Source: an uncultured cyanobacterium (lineage in GTDB: Bacteria; Cyanobacteriota; Cyanobacteriia; Cyanobacteriales; Nostocaceae). From it: DNA of 64,000 nt. The notes under the pieces are model-generated. The model saw only the letters and a list, made by a program, of their open reading frames with translations, ran no database searches and was not told where the DNA came from. The translations under genes were made by a program, and so were the position numbers. Location of the stretch: contig CAVUDP010000002.1 in assembly GCA_963740315.1 (NCBI GenBank), positions 1,184,001-1,248,000 on the forward strand, read 5' to 3'. Positions 33,952-44,542 of the stretch are shown here, one piece after another. Numbering within the stretch: the first letter of the stretch is position 1; each line of letters begins with the position of its first letter.

Positions 33952-34407
33952 TTATTCTTGTTCTTGGGGATATTCTCCACCAACGCCTACTGAAGTATTA
34001 AATACGTCTGCACCACTCAAATCCGCACCTACCAATGTTGCATCTTCTAATTGAGCGCTGTATAGCTGAGAATCGCTCAAATCAGCATTTGTCAAATCGG
34101 CTTTATTCAGTGTCGTGCTATTAATAAAAGCACCTTCCAAATTCGCACCTTCTAAATCTGCACCAGTTAAATCGGCACCTTCTAAGTTAGCTTCTTCAAG
34201 GTTAGCACCTGTTAAATCGGCGTTTCTTAAATCAACACCAATTAAATGAGCGCCTCTTAAATTAGCACCTCTAAGATTACAGCCATAGCATTCTCCTGTC
34301 GTATTCAAGCGTAAAACTTGTGTAGATACAGGATTTTCTGCTTTAGCAGGAGCGCCTATAAACATTGTAGTTAGTGCCGCTGCGATCGCAATCATCTGAG
34401 TTTTCAT
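33952..34407 (-). CDS. Exported/lumenal pentapeptide repeat protein
   Basis: AKA-EN signal cleavage site, CYGCNL, ADLTG repeats. Confidence 0.93.
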   Translation of the reverse strand: MKTQMIAIAAALTTMFIGAPAKAENPVSTQVLRLNTTGECYGCNLRGANLRGAHLIGVDLRNADLTGANLEEANLEGADLTGADLEGANLEGAFINSTTLNKADLTNADLSDSQLYSAQLEDATLVGADLSGADVFNTSVGVGGEYPQEQE

Positions 34408-35371
34408 TCTTTAATTCCTCCACCACTCATCAAATCTTGATTATTCATCGATTTCAAATAAAGTTTTAAATTCTGTATTTAAAACTCTTTAAAACATTTA
34501 TGAATCATCAAGAATTTAAAAATGTCTTGTTTAATCAACTGTTTATAGTATCTCTTGAATCAATCGGTATGTCTTCATCCTAACGATTGAATCTTAAGTA
34601 TAGGTAGCTTGTTTTGCATCGATTAAATAATAAAAATACGTTCCATCTGGATGTTGTAGATAGAGCATAAAGTTGAATTAGCAGTAAAAATCAAAAATTC
34701 GCGCTATAACTCCAGTTTTCTAACTTTTACTGGCAAATTTGACTTGACGATTTTTTCTGGTGCTGCAAAACTCTATCTTTAGGTATAACAGGAGGTATTC
34801 CGAGAGTAAATCTCACAACAAGCACAACTCGCGAACAAATACTAAATATCGGAAATTTCCAGTGTTTTATAAAAATGCGTCGAGGATAACATCATATCAA
34901 GTTAAATTACTGTAAGCATAAGGATATATCAAGAATAATGCCGTGCTTAAGAACTTAAACTATTAAATTGGAACCATTTTCATTCAAAATGCGCTCTATG
35001 AATATAATCTAGTCATATTCGATCCGATCCTGTATAAATAAAGGTTGAAATATCAAGTCTGTAAGTTAAAACCCGATACTGCTCCGCTTTCTAATCATTT
35101 AATGGTTGTTAGTTATGAGTTTTCAGCCGCTATTAAATTATTATGCATACAGCACGGGGTTCAAATATCCAACATAGTCGAACAGTACGATCGTCCTTCG
35201 CGCTCAAAAAAAGAGTAACTCGATCGAAATGGCATAACAGCCATAAAATCTATTGAAATAATGTATAGTTTACTCTACCTACGTGCGTATAATCGCGATT
35301 CCGCTAAAATAACTTAGGCATATCCTAAAAAACCAACACAGCTTTGAAAGGCGACTAAATAAAAGTTACTT

Positions 35372-36418
35372 ATGAATCAACTTAGCAATGGTTTCACCAT
35401 ATTTCTGAGTCTGTTAGTGGAAGCGATACCCTTTCTATTGCTAGGAGTTTTATTCTCCAGTGTGCTGCTATTTTTTGTCGATGAACGGACATTGGTAGAA
35501 AAAGTACCCAAAAATCCACTACTTGCGGCTTTAGCTGGTAGTATGGTGGGTTTTCTGTTTCCGGTGTGCGAGTGCGGTAACGTTCCTGTAGCTAGACGAC
35601 TGTTGATGCAGGGAGCGCCCACGTCTATGGCAATTGGTTTTTTGCTAGCAGCACCGACAATTAACCCGATTGTGATTTGGGCGACATGGATAGCATTCCG
35701 CGAACAGCCAGAAATAGTAGTATTAAGAGTAGTATTTTCTTTATTAATCGCCACAATTATTGGCTATGTCTTCAGCTTTCAAAAAGACATCAGCCCGATG
35801 GTTCAACCCGCAATTGCCCGTTATTTAAAATTTAATCAACCGCGATCGCAACCAAAAGAGCTTCTCAAAGATTCTATAGGACAAACAGCAGTACCAACGA
35901 TGTTAAAGCCAGGTACTTATTTATTGGGTGGAAAACCCGGTCAAACCATGCGAATGGAAGCTGCCGGAATGGAAGCTACCCTTGCCGCGACTACTCCGAG
36001 TAAACCCTTTGGCGACAAAATGCAGTTAGTTGTAGATAATACCGTACAGGAATTACGGGAATTAGGTGCAGTACTGGTTTTAGGAAGTGCGATCGCTGCT
36101 GCAATTCAAGTGTTAGCGCCCCGCGATTTTATTCTTAGTTTGGGTGCAGGACCAATTGTTTCCATACTTACAATGCTGATACTTGCGGCGGTTGTATCAA
36201 TTTGTTCTACTGTGGATTCTTTCTTTGCTTTATCCTTTGCTTCCACTTTTACTAGCGGTTCTTTATTAGCATTTTTGGTATTCGGTCCAATGATTGACTT
36301 AAAGGGTATTGGTTTGATGCTATCAATATTTAAACCAAAAGCAGTTTTTTATCTTTTTGTATTAGCCGCACAGTTGACGTTCCTGTTCTGCTTAATAGTT
36401 AACCTCCATTTTATTTAA
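35372..36418 (+). CDS. DUF318 (UPF0718) putative permease
   Basis: EAIPFLLLG, FPVCECG, FLLAAPTINP, SICSTVD, FLVFGPMID. Confidence 0.93.
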   Translation: MNQLSNGFTIFLSLLVEAIPFLLLGVLFSSVLLFFVDERTLVEKVPKNPLLAALAGSMVGFLFPVCECGNVPVARRLLMQGAPTSMAIGFLLAAPTINPIVIWATWIAFREQPEIVVLRVVFSLLIATIIGYVFSFQKDISPMVQPAIARYLKFNQPRSQPKELLKDSIGQTAVPTMLKPGTYLLGGKPGQTMRMEAAGMEATLAATTPSKPFGDKMQLVVDNTVQELRELGAVLVLGSAIAAAIQVLAPRDFILSLGAGPIVSILTMLILAAVVSICSTVDSFFALSFASTFTSGSLLAFLVFGPMIDLKGIGLMLSIFKPKAVFYLFVLAAQLTFLFCLIVNLHFI

Positions 36419-36567
36419 ACTTTAAATACGAACGAAAAAATGATTTTACGTTGATTCGAGTTATAAAAAATTCTATCCGAATATTAGGGCAGTTTTAAGT
36501 AAATTCGTTCCCATTTACCTTCCAAGCGTCACTGTCTTCGCTTCCTCACACCCACAATCAACAAGCA

Positions 36568-37344
36568 ATGAGTTCAAGTAAAAAACGCCAGTCTAAAAGC
36601 TTAAATAATTTACTTCCTTGGCTAGATGTCCTCGCAATTACAGCTTGGGGATTTTTATTATTGAAATATTGGCTGACGCAACAGCTATATTTGCTTATTC
36701 ACCCCAATTACTTCGCATTAGTTGTTTTGGGTGGTATCGGATTAATAATTATTGGAATTGCCAAAGGATTACAACTTTTACGACGGCGATCGGCTGTACA
36801 AAATGTCCAACACATGAATCTAATACCCCCTCGTTTTGGTAGCATTTTGTTAATATTAGTAGCGATTTTAGGATTTGCGATCGCACCCCAGGTTTTTGCC
36901 AGCGACAAAGCAATACAAAGAGGTGTAACTGACTTATCAGCAGGAAATTCTCGTCTCCAACCCCAGTCATTCCAAGCTTCCGTTCGTCCAGAAGAACGCA
37001 CTTTAGTAGATTGGACGCGGACGCTCAGCGTTTATCCCGAACCTGATGCATATACAGGGCAAAAAGTCAAAGTTACGGGTTTTGTGATTTATCCACCAGA
37101 ATTGAGCGATCGATATATATTTTTAGCCAGATTTGTGCTTACTTGTTGCGCCGCAGATGCTTATCCAGTAGGTTTACCCGTCAAACTAAAAGACGGAATA
37201 ACAAGAGAAGAATTCAAAAAAGATAGTTGGCTGGAAATTGAAGGAGAAATGGCAACAGAAGTTCTTTCGGAAAAACGTCAATTAACAATTATCTCGAATT
37301 CCGCCAAGAAAATTTCTCAACCCAAAAATCCTTATAGTTATTAG
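36568..37344 (+). CDS. TIGR03943/DUF1980 family permease partner
   Basis: LIHP, TM helices, RFVLTCCAADA; follows the DUF318 gene. Confidence 0.92.
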   Translation: MSSSKKRQSKSLNNLLPWLDVLAITAWGFLLLKYWLTQQLYLLIHPNYFALVVLGGIGLIIIGIAKGLQLLRRRSAVQNVQHMNLIPPRFGSILLILVAILGFAIAPQVFASDKAIQRGVTDLSAGNSRLQPQSFQASVRPEERTLVDWTRTLSVYPEPDAYTGQKVKVTGFVIYPPELSDRYIFLARFVLTCCAADAYPVGLPVKLKDGITREEFKKDSWLEIEGEMATEVLSEKRQLTIISNSAKKISQPKNPYSY

Positions 37345-37428
37345 ATAGTGGTTAGGAAATAATGGATAAAAATGATAATTAACAACTAACAACTAACAAC
37401 TAACAACCAACAACCAACAATTAGTAAA

Positions 37429-38922
37429 ATGACAACGAATAAAAATATTCAACCATTAGATCGAGTTGCTCTAATACTAATATTAGTATTAACTCTGCTG
37501 ATTGGATTGATAATATTTCAAGGTGATGCGGTTAAACCGAGCGTTCGTAATTTTAGCTGGGAAAATACAAAAATTGGAGCGAACGATATATCTTTTAGCC
37601 TTACCTTTAGCCGCCCAATGGATATTAAAAGCGTTGAAAATAATTTAAAAATTGAACCACCTCTCGCAGGAAAAATAAGTTGGGCGGGAAGAAAGATGGT
37701 TTACACGCTGTTGACACCAGCCCCTTATGGAGAAAAATATACAGTCGAGTTAGAGAATGCAAAAGATAAATTTTCTGCTGATAAGGGAGCAGATAAAGTT
37801 ATCCAACCTTTTGCAGGTACTTTTCGCTCCCACGACAGAGTTATTCTTTACTTAGGTGCCGAGAAACTTGAAAGAGGAAGATTAATTCTCTACAATTTAA
37901 CCAAACAGAAAAAAACATTATTAACTCCTAAAGACTTGGTGGTAATGGATTTTGAACCATTTCCCAACGGAGAACGTATTTTATTTTCTGCTCATGCTGC
38001 TTCCAACCAAGATACTTTATCGGCTCAACTATATACAGTAACTACAGGGATTACTAGAGAAACTCGAAAAGCAAAACCAGCAGCTAAAGTTGATTTAATT
38101 TTAGATAGTAAAAAATATCAAATCCTCAAATTTGACTTATCTCCCGACGGTAAAACGATAGTTTTGCAAAGAGCGGATAAAGAGAATCCCAGTGATTTCG
38201 GGCTGTGGTTTACATCAATTGGGGATAACGGCAAAGAGAGCGAAACCAAACGGATCGAAAACAAAGAACCTGCGGGAGACTTTTTAATTACTCCAGATAG
38301 TAAAGCCGTAGCAGTTGCTCAAGGGCAAGGAACGGCGATACTACCGATACAGACAGACGCTAGTAAACCCTTAGATTTCCTACCGCAATTCGGTGTACTG
38401 CAAGCGTTTTCCAAAAACGGCTCTCAAGCTGTTTTAGTTAAATTCAACACCGATTACACAAAAGATTTATTTTTAGTTACCAACCAAAGCACGCAAAAGC
38501 AACTAGTAAAAACCACAGGTTCAATTCTGAAATGCGAATTCGATCCAGCTTCACCGACACTTTACTGCTTGTTAACCCAGTTACTACCAGGAGAAGACTA
38601 TCAAGAGCAGCCATATGTAGTCGCAATTAACCTCAAAACCGGGCAGCAGAAACCTTTATTAGTATTACCTCCCGATAAACGGGACTTACACATGAGTTTA
38701 TCTCCCGACGGTTTAGGATTATTATTCGACCAAGTAGAATCAGCAACAGATATCTCTACTCCAGTACAAGGAAACTCTTTAAAAACAAACGACGGACAAG
38801 AAATTAGCACCAGCAGTTTGTGGCTAATGCCCCTACTACCCGTTAACGACAGCGAAATCAACGCAGAATTAAAACCAGAACAACTTCCCTTACTGGGTTA
38901 TTATCCCAACTGGCTGCCATAG
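37429..38922 (+). CDS. Membrane-anchored Ig-like domain plus TolB-like propeller protein
   Basis: N-terminal TM, FSRPMD..SVE, SPDG repeats. Confidence 0.8.
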   Translation: MTTNKNIQPLDRVALILILVLTLLIGLIIFQGDAVKPSVRNFSWENTKIGANDISFSLTFSRPMDIKSVENNLKIEPPLAGKISWAGRKMVYTLLTPAPYGEKYTVELENAKDKFSADKGADKVIQPFAGTFRSHDRVILYLGAEKLERGRLILYNLTKQKKTLLTPKDLVVMDFEPFPNGERILFSAHAASNQDTLSAQLYTVTTGITRETRKAKPAAKVDLILDSKKYQILKFDLSPDGKTIVLQRADKENPSDFGLWFTSIGDNGKESETKRIENKEPAGDFLITPDSKAVAVAQGQGTAILPIQTDASKPLDFLPQFGVLQAFSKNGSQAVLVKFNTDYTKDLFLVTNQSTQKQLVKTTGSILKCEFDPASPTLYCLLTQLLPGEDYQEQPYVVAINLKTGQQKPLLVLPPDKRDLHMSLSPDGLGLLFDQVESATDISTPVQGNSLKTNDGQEISTSSLWLMPLLPVNDSEINAELKPEQLPLLGYYPNWLP

Positions 38923-39480
38923 GAGAATGGGGGATGGGGAGATGGGGGGACAAGGGGACAAGGGGACAAGGGGACAAGGGGAGAAGGGGAGAAGGGGAGA
39001 TTTGCTCCCAACTCTTAAAATAGTAGTGCAAGCATCTTGCTCGCTGGTATTATTCTTAACTCCGGTGTTCCTAACTGGTAACTCCGGTAGTCCGAACTGC
39101 CCCTTGTCCCCCCATCTCCCCCATCTCCCCATCCCCCCATCCCTCATCGGTCTATTCCCATTACTACTTGCTGACAAGGGGGAGTAATTTGCTACATTAG
39201 AATACAGGGTCAAAATGGATCGAAGCAATTGCGAAGGGCAGTAAACAAATTAAAAATTACTGTTTGATTCAAATTGTGTAGATTTGCATCGGATTTGTTA
39301 ATCTTTTACAAATTCTTTTTTTTGCGCCAGTAACGCCAAAAACGGCAGTTTACCGATGATTAAGGACTTATATCGGGAAAAGTATGTCTTGCCTTTAGGA
39401 GAAGATTTTGTTAAGACAGCATCAATGATGAATTGTACCGTAGTGTCTGCTTTTAAATTGAAGCTGGTGGGTGAAGATTA

Positions 39481-41133
39481 ATGCATGAAGCCCTAACCCC
39501 AGATGATGGGACTAATATTGAAAATTTAAATGTTGATTCCCCACAGTCGTCTCAAAGGGCGGTTAATCCTTTTTATTCGATTGTAGCTGGTGAAAATAAA
39601 GCAAAGGAATTATTTTTGCTCGCACCAGCCTCTAAGGAATCATCTAAGGAATCATCGCCAAATCAAGCTGCAAATTCCCCTGACGTTGAGGAAGTTGCAG
39701 AAGATATTCATACAGTAGAAGTAATTATTGATTCTCAATCAAATACCGAGCCTCAATTAGATGAGGAAACTAACTTTGAAAGCGATCGCGATGAATGGGT
39801 TGCAGAACCTAACGTTGAGCAACAAGCGATAGTTAATACGGAATTTGAGAAACTGCTGGGATTAAATGAAGAATTACGCAGCGCTAACGATAAATTGTAC
39901 GAGCAAGCAGAGCAATTGACTAACGCTTTGAGCGAGTCAGAAGCGGCTTTGCAGCGTCAAAATAAACGTTCAACCGTTGCAGAATCGATGTTGAAGCAGC
40001 AAACTAGTGAGTTAAATGCTGCCCAGGCACAGATACAATCTTTGTTTGAACAGTTAGAAAATGCCGTACAAAATGTTCAACGTCAAGAAAGTGTAGCCTC
40101 CTCATGTAAAAAACAACTCGAATTGAGCCAACAACGTCTGGCTCAGTTGGAACGCGAATGTGCTTCGATCCAAAATAAGTACAGCGAACAAACGACGCTT
40201 TTATCGCACTCAGAAAATGCTTGTCGCGAGTTACGTACTAGACTTAAGCGCCAGCAGCGTCAAACTTTACAATTTAAAGCTGCTTTGGAAAAGAGTTTAG
40301 AAACATCAGTTCCCAGTTACGATACCCTTGATGATAGCGACAGCAATTTCCCAGATATAACAACTAATTCACATTTAAATAAATTTAAGCAAACTCAAAC
40401 TATAAATAGCATACAGTCCATTAAACCTTGGTCGGCTCCATTAAATTCTTACAAGTCACAAAATAACCTTTGGGAAGAAATTTTAGAAACCGAGGCAGCT
40501 AATAACAGCGAAAATCCAATTCAAGAATCTTCGACTTGGGAATTTACAGCTAATCCCGATATAGAATCGCACGAAAATACGGACGATACTCAAATAGAAT
40601 TGGTAGATAGTCCAAAAGTAGTAAATCATGATTCAGTCGATGAGGAAGTAACCGTACAAATTTCACCCTCAGATTCATCGGAGTTAGAAGAACAATTAGA
40701 TAGCGTTATCCAAACATTTTTTGCTTCTCAACCAGAATCTGTATCGCCACAATCTTCCCCAGAGCAAGATGCAGAAACTGATGAATCAACAATTCCTATT
40801 TGGAAAACACTCATCGAACCAAGTGGAACAAGCGATCGCGTTGTGAATGTTGAAACTCACCAAAATTCTTTCCCACAGGAAGAGCAAACGGTAAGTTTTA
40901 CCTCATCCATGAATCAAAATTATACCAACGAACTTCAAGATTATTGGGAAGAAGTTTCGCAGTTTCCAGCTTTTGAATTATCCGAAAACCCTGCATCTAT
41001 TGAGATACTCAGCGATACAGATACTCATGAAAATTTTCCTTCGCCATTAATTTATCCCAAACGTCCACCCAAAGGGCGAAAATCCCTAGCATCAGTGGAA
41101 TTACCAAAGTTTCCCCATAAGAGTGATGGGTGA
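39481..41133 (+). CDS. Acidic coiled-coil hypothetical protein
   Basis: 550-aa ORF, central heptads (CRELRTRLKRQQRQTLQFKAALE), C-terminal PSP...SLASVELPKF. Confidence 0.85.
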   Translation: MHEALTPDDGTNIENLNVDSPQSSQRAVNPFYSIVAGENKAKELFLLAPASKESSKESSPNQAANSPDVEEVAEDIHTVEVIIDSQSNTEPQLDEETNFESDRDEWVAEPNVEQQAIVNTEFEKLLGLNEELRSANDKLYEQAEQLTNALSESEAALQRQNKRSTVAESMLKQQTSELNAAQAQIQSLFEQLENAVQNVQRQESVASSCKKQLELSQQRLAQLERECASIQNKYSEQTTLLSHSENACRELRTRLKRQQRQTLQFKAALEKSLETSVPSYDTLDDSDSNFPDITTNSHLNKFKQTQTINSIQSIKPWSAPLNSYKSQNNLWEEILETEAANNSENPIQESSTWEFTANPDIESHENTDDTQIELVDSPKVVNHDSVDEEVTVQISPSDSSELEEQLDSVIQTFFASQPESVSPQSSPEQDAETDESTIPIWKTLIEPSGTSDRVVNVETHQNSFPQEEQTVSFTSSMNQNYTNELQDYWEEVSQFPAFELSENPASIEILSDTDTHENFPSPLIYPKRPPKGRKSLASVELPKFPHKSDG

Positions 41134-41504
41134 TGGGGTGATGGGGTGATGGGGTGATGGGGTGATGGGGAGAATGGGTGATGGGGTGATGGGGGGAGGG
41201 GGAGACAAGGGGACAAGGGGACAAGGTGACAAGGTGACAAGGTGACAAAAATAATTTTAACTCCTAACTCAATAAGGTTACTGAGCAGTTCGACGTAGCT
41301 CACTGTAAGACTTGTCGAAGTACTCCTAACTCAATAAGGTTACTGAGCAGTTCGACGTAGCTCACTGTAAGACTTGTCGAAGTACTCCTAACTCAATAAG
41401 GTTACTGAGCTTGTCGAAGTACTCCTAACTCCCTACTTCCTACTCCCTACTTCCTACTTCCTACTCCCTACTCCCTACTCCCTACTCCCCACTCCCCATT
41501 ATTG

Positions 41505-43652
41505 TCAACTGTTAACTGTCACCTGACTGCTTTCAATCAATTGATAATTTTGGTTTTGGGAAAGTGCTTTACCGGCGCTAAGTGCATAATCGATCGCTAA
41601 AAGTCGCAACCATAATGCGGGGAAGCGAGGTTCTAGGTTTGGCTGCATTGAACGGATAAATCGCCCAAACCATTTACCAAATACAGCACTAACTAAGCTG
41701 TGGCGGGTAAAGTCGATATAATTACCAACCCATCTGAGTAAATCTTTTGCTCCCGCTAGTTGCCAAATCCACACCAGCAATGCGGGATTTTTTTTAGCTG
41801 CTTTGAATGCAAGTCGGTTAAAGGTTGATAAATCGAATCTATCTTTAATAAAGGTATCTGCAACTTCCAAGGGTTCATCTGCTAATAGCCCAAAGAAGTT
41901 ATTCAGCATGGCGTTGATGCGTTCTGGTTGTATAAATTTACCCGTGGGAACCATCATACCTTTGGAAAACATCCAAGTTACCGCAATGTTGTTTTGGAAA
42001 GCGCGAATTTGATTTAAATTTTTTGCGTCAAGTAAGTCATGTTTAAGCGCAGTATCTAAAAGTTCCGTTAATCTGCCGAGGTTGCGTACTAAGGAACCAA
42101 AGCCGGTAAATACAAGCGGAGACTGAAGCGATGCCGCATCGCCAATAGATATTAAACGATTAAAAGCAACAGTGCGATCGCGACTTCCGACGCTGAAATG
42201 TCCGGGTATATATCCGAACGTGGGCTTTTTCCACTTTAGTTTGTCCATATCGCAGCGTCGATATTCTGGCAAAATGGTGAAAAAGTCTTCGTACATCTCC
42301 ATTAAGGAGCCGGGATTTTCGGCGTTTACCTGGTGATAGTGAAATAGGTAAATCGTAAGTTCTTCGTTTTCTCCAGGAAACAATTCCCAAATCAACTGTC
42401 TTCCCCGCGAAATATCCCCATGACTGTTAAGAACATCGCCGTATTCACTGTCCCAAACTCCAGGTTCAAATCCACTTTCGACAACTGCCCCTACTGTCGG
42501 ACATACGCTGTCAAAAGCGCGTTTTGGGTTGAGTTGCCATGCGATCGGTGATGCCGTTCCCATTGCATCTACTAACAACCTTCCACTAACAAGATGTTGC
42601 TTTTGCTCGGATAAATCCTTGAGCGTCAGCACAACTTGAGATGTATTAATATCTGCCTTGATAAACTCCGTTTCATCCCAAATTTCACCGCCTGCCGATC
42701 GCAATTTTTCGCCGCACAGCTTCAGTAATTTATCGGAATTCAAAGCTATATTTAGAACCGTTGGCGTGTGTAGAATCGGCGCTTTGAGTTTATCGGGAAC
42801 ATAAGCACTAAAAAATTTATTAAATCCGTCTTTATACTCTCGCGCAATAATTGATTCCACTTCAACAGAAGTTAGCAAACCCAAATTTACCAAACTTTGA
42901 ATTTCCGAGCGGGAAATATTCCATTCCCGATTCATCTTTCCAAAAGGTAAGCGTTCCACCAACAGTACTTTATACCCCAGTTTAGCCATAACAGCCGCAT
43001 GGATAACCCCCAGCGCTCCGCCAATATAAATTAGGTCGAAAGTCGGGTTTTTTTGAGCGGAGGAAGCAGAGGAGGCGGAGGATGCGGAGGAAGCAGAGGA
43101 AGAAATTACTTCCCTTGCTTGCTCTGCTCCCCCAATTTCTTTATGGGAAAACAAAACCTGTCGCGGCTGCTGGGGATTTCTTACACCTTCACGCCAACGT
43201 TGTTCCCACCAGTAAGCACGGTTTAAATCGTATTCTCCGTTAGGCATTTTCTGAAAATACTTAACGGTAAGCGGATAAAAAGGAGCTAACGCTTCAAAAA
43301 TTGATTGTTTGGACAAATCAATCGCGGGTGGAGAAGGATAATGATGGGGAAAGCGATCGCGTAGTAGCTTAGTTAGCTTTCGTAAAATTTGTATCTCTTG
43401 TGGAAATTTATCGCCCCATCGAAACACCTTTAAATAGGTGGTTCGCTGCACATTCCACACAAATACGGATAACTCGTTTGGTAACTTTTCCGTAATACCT
43501 GTAGCAGCATCTGTAGGATCGGATGACTTCAAGCGAATGCCATCGGACGTTAATATTTTGTCGCAAGTTCCCGGCTCAAATTCTGTTTGCAACCAGTTTC
43601 TTACTACTGCTGTATCTGGATTTGGGATTTCTAAATAAAGAATTTCTTTCAT
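41505..43652 (-). CDS. cruA: FAD-dependent oxidoreductase, probably CruA-type lycopene cyclase
   Basis: IYIGGALG, REWNIS, DAMGTASPI, VCPTVG, GDAASLQSPL.FTGFGS; the longer N-terminus favours CruA over CruP. Confidence 0.72.
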   Translation of the reverse strand: MKEILYLEIPNPDTAVVRNWLQTEFEPGTCDKILTSDGIRLKSSDPTDAATGITEKLPNELSVFVWNVQRTTYLKVFRWGDKFPQEIQILRKLTKLLRDRFPHHYPSPPAIDLSKQSIFEALAPFYPLTVKYFQKMPNGEYDLNRAYWWEQRWREGVRNPQQPRQVLFSHKEIGGAEQAREVISSSASSASSASSASSAQKNPTFDLIYIGGALGVIHAAVMAKLGYKVLLVERLPFGKMNREWNISRSEIQSLVNLGLLTSVEVESIIAREYKDGFNKFFSAYVPDKLKAPILHTPTVLNIALNSDKLLKLCGEKLRSAGGEIWDETEFIKADINTSQVVLTLKDLSEQKQHLVSGRLLVDAMGTASPIAWQLNPKRAFDSVCPTVGAVVESGFEPGVWDSEYGDVLNSHGDISRGRQLIWELFPGENEELTIYLFHYHQVNAENPGSLMEMYEDFFTILPEYRRCDMDKLKWKKPTFGYIPGHFSVGSRDRTVAFNRLISIGDAASLQSPLVFTGFGSLVRNLGRLTELLDTALKHDLLDAKNLNQIRAFQNNIAVTWMFSKGMMVPTGKFIQPERINAMLNNFFGLLADEPLEVADTFIKDRFDLSTFNRLAFKAAKKNPALLVWIWQLAGAKDLLRWVGNYIDFTRHSLVSAVFGKWFGRFIRSMQPNLEPRFPALWLRLLAIDYALSAGKALSQNQNYQLIESSQVTVNS

Positions 43653-43812
43653 TTTTAATGGCTATCTCCCCAAAATCTACTCATTAAGACAGATTTAAGA
43701 AAGTTGTAAATTACGGTACACTCCGCCCTATCAGTTGAATAAATATTCTGTAAAGAAAGTTTAAGAGTTCGCAAGTTTTTTTTGTTCCTTTAATTATTCA
43801 CACACATACGCC

Positions 43813-44046
43813 ATGAATTATCCCATCCCAGATAACCCCCAAGAAATCTTTGCGATGAGTCAACAGCCGGTTGATGAAGAACTGGTTGCTGTGGCAATAG
43901 CAGGAGTAATAAAATTAGTCAGTTCTCAAGGGAGATCGTTAGAAGAATTGACGGATCTAGTTTTAGCAGAAGATGCTTTACTTGATAAACAGCAACGTCG
44001 CTGGCTTAGCCAAGTCGTAGCACAAGCTTGGGAAAGTTTCGCTTAA
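43813..44046 (+). CDS. Small hypothetical protein, 77 aa
   Basis: Plausible ORF divergent from the cruA-like gene. Confidence 0.75.
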   Translation: MNYPIPDNPQEIFAMSQQPVDEELVAVAIAGVIKLVSSQGRSLEELTDLVLAEDALLDKQQRRWLSQVVAQAWESFA

Positions 44047-44381
44047 ATCCTCATCCGGGATATAAATCTGAAATAATACTCCAACCGAGGATTATCTTTT
44101 AAGCCCGCTTCGCCAATCATAAAATAGGTGTGAGAGTGTTTTTAATATTTTTTTTCATGAGATTGGCAACGTGGGCTGAAACAATTTTTAACAAACAAAT
44201 TAATAATGTTGGGAATTGGGAATGGGGAATTGGGGATTGGGCATTGGGCATTGGGGATTGTAAATAGTGAGGAGTTAGGAATTAGGAGTACTTCGACAAG
44301 TCTTACAGTGAGCTACGTCGAACTGCTCAGTAACCTTATTGAGTTAGAAGTTAGCAGTTAGCAGTTTAAATTTTTCCTTGT

Positions 44382-44542
44382 CCCCATCTCCCCATCTCCC
44401 CATCTCCCCATCTCCCCATCTCCCCATCTCCCCATCTCCCCATCTCCCCATCTCCCCATCTCCCCATCTCCCCATCTCCCCATCTCCCCATCTCCCCATC
44501 TCCCCATCTCCCCATCTCCCCATCCCCCCATCTCCCCATCTC
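44382..44542. repeat. STRR octamer (CCCCATCT) about x20; related 7-9-mer tracts at 26688-26765, 28262-28310, 38927-39140, 41128-41245, 41430-41497, 49190-49415, 57250-57400 and 57614-57730
   Basis: Directly visible tandem repeats, mostly next to stop codons. Confidence 0.97.

Noticed and set aside
34408..35371. ncRNA or riboswitch in the 960-bp intergenic gap
   Set aside because: No recognisable motif, ORF or strong structure by eye; an Rfam search would be needed
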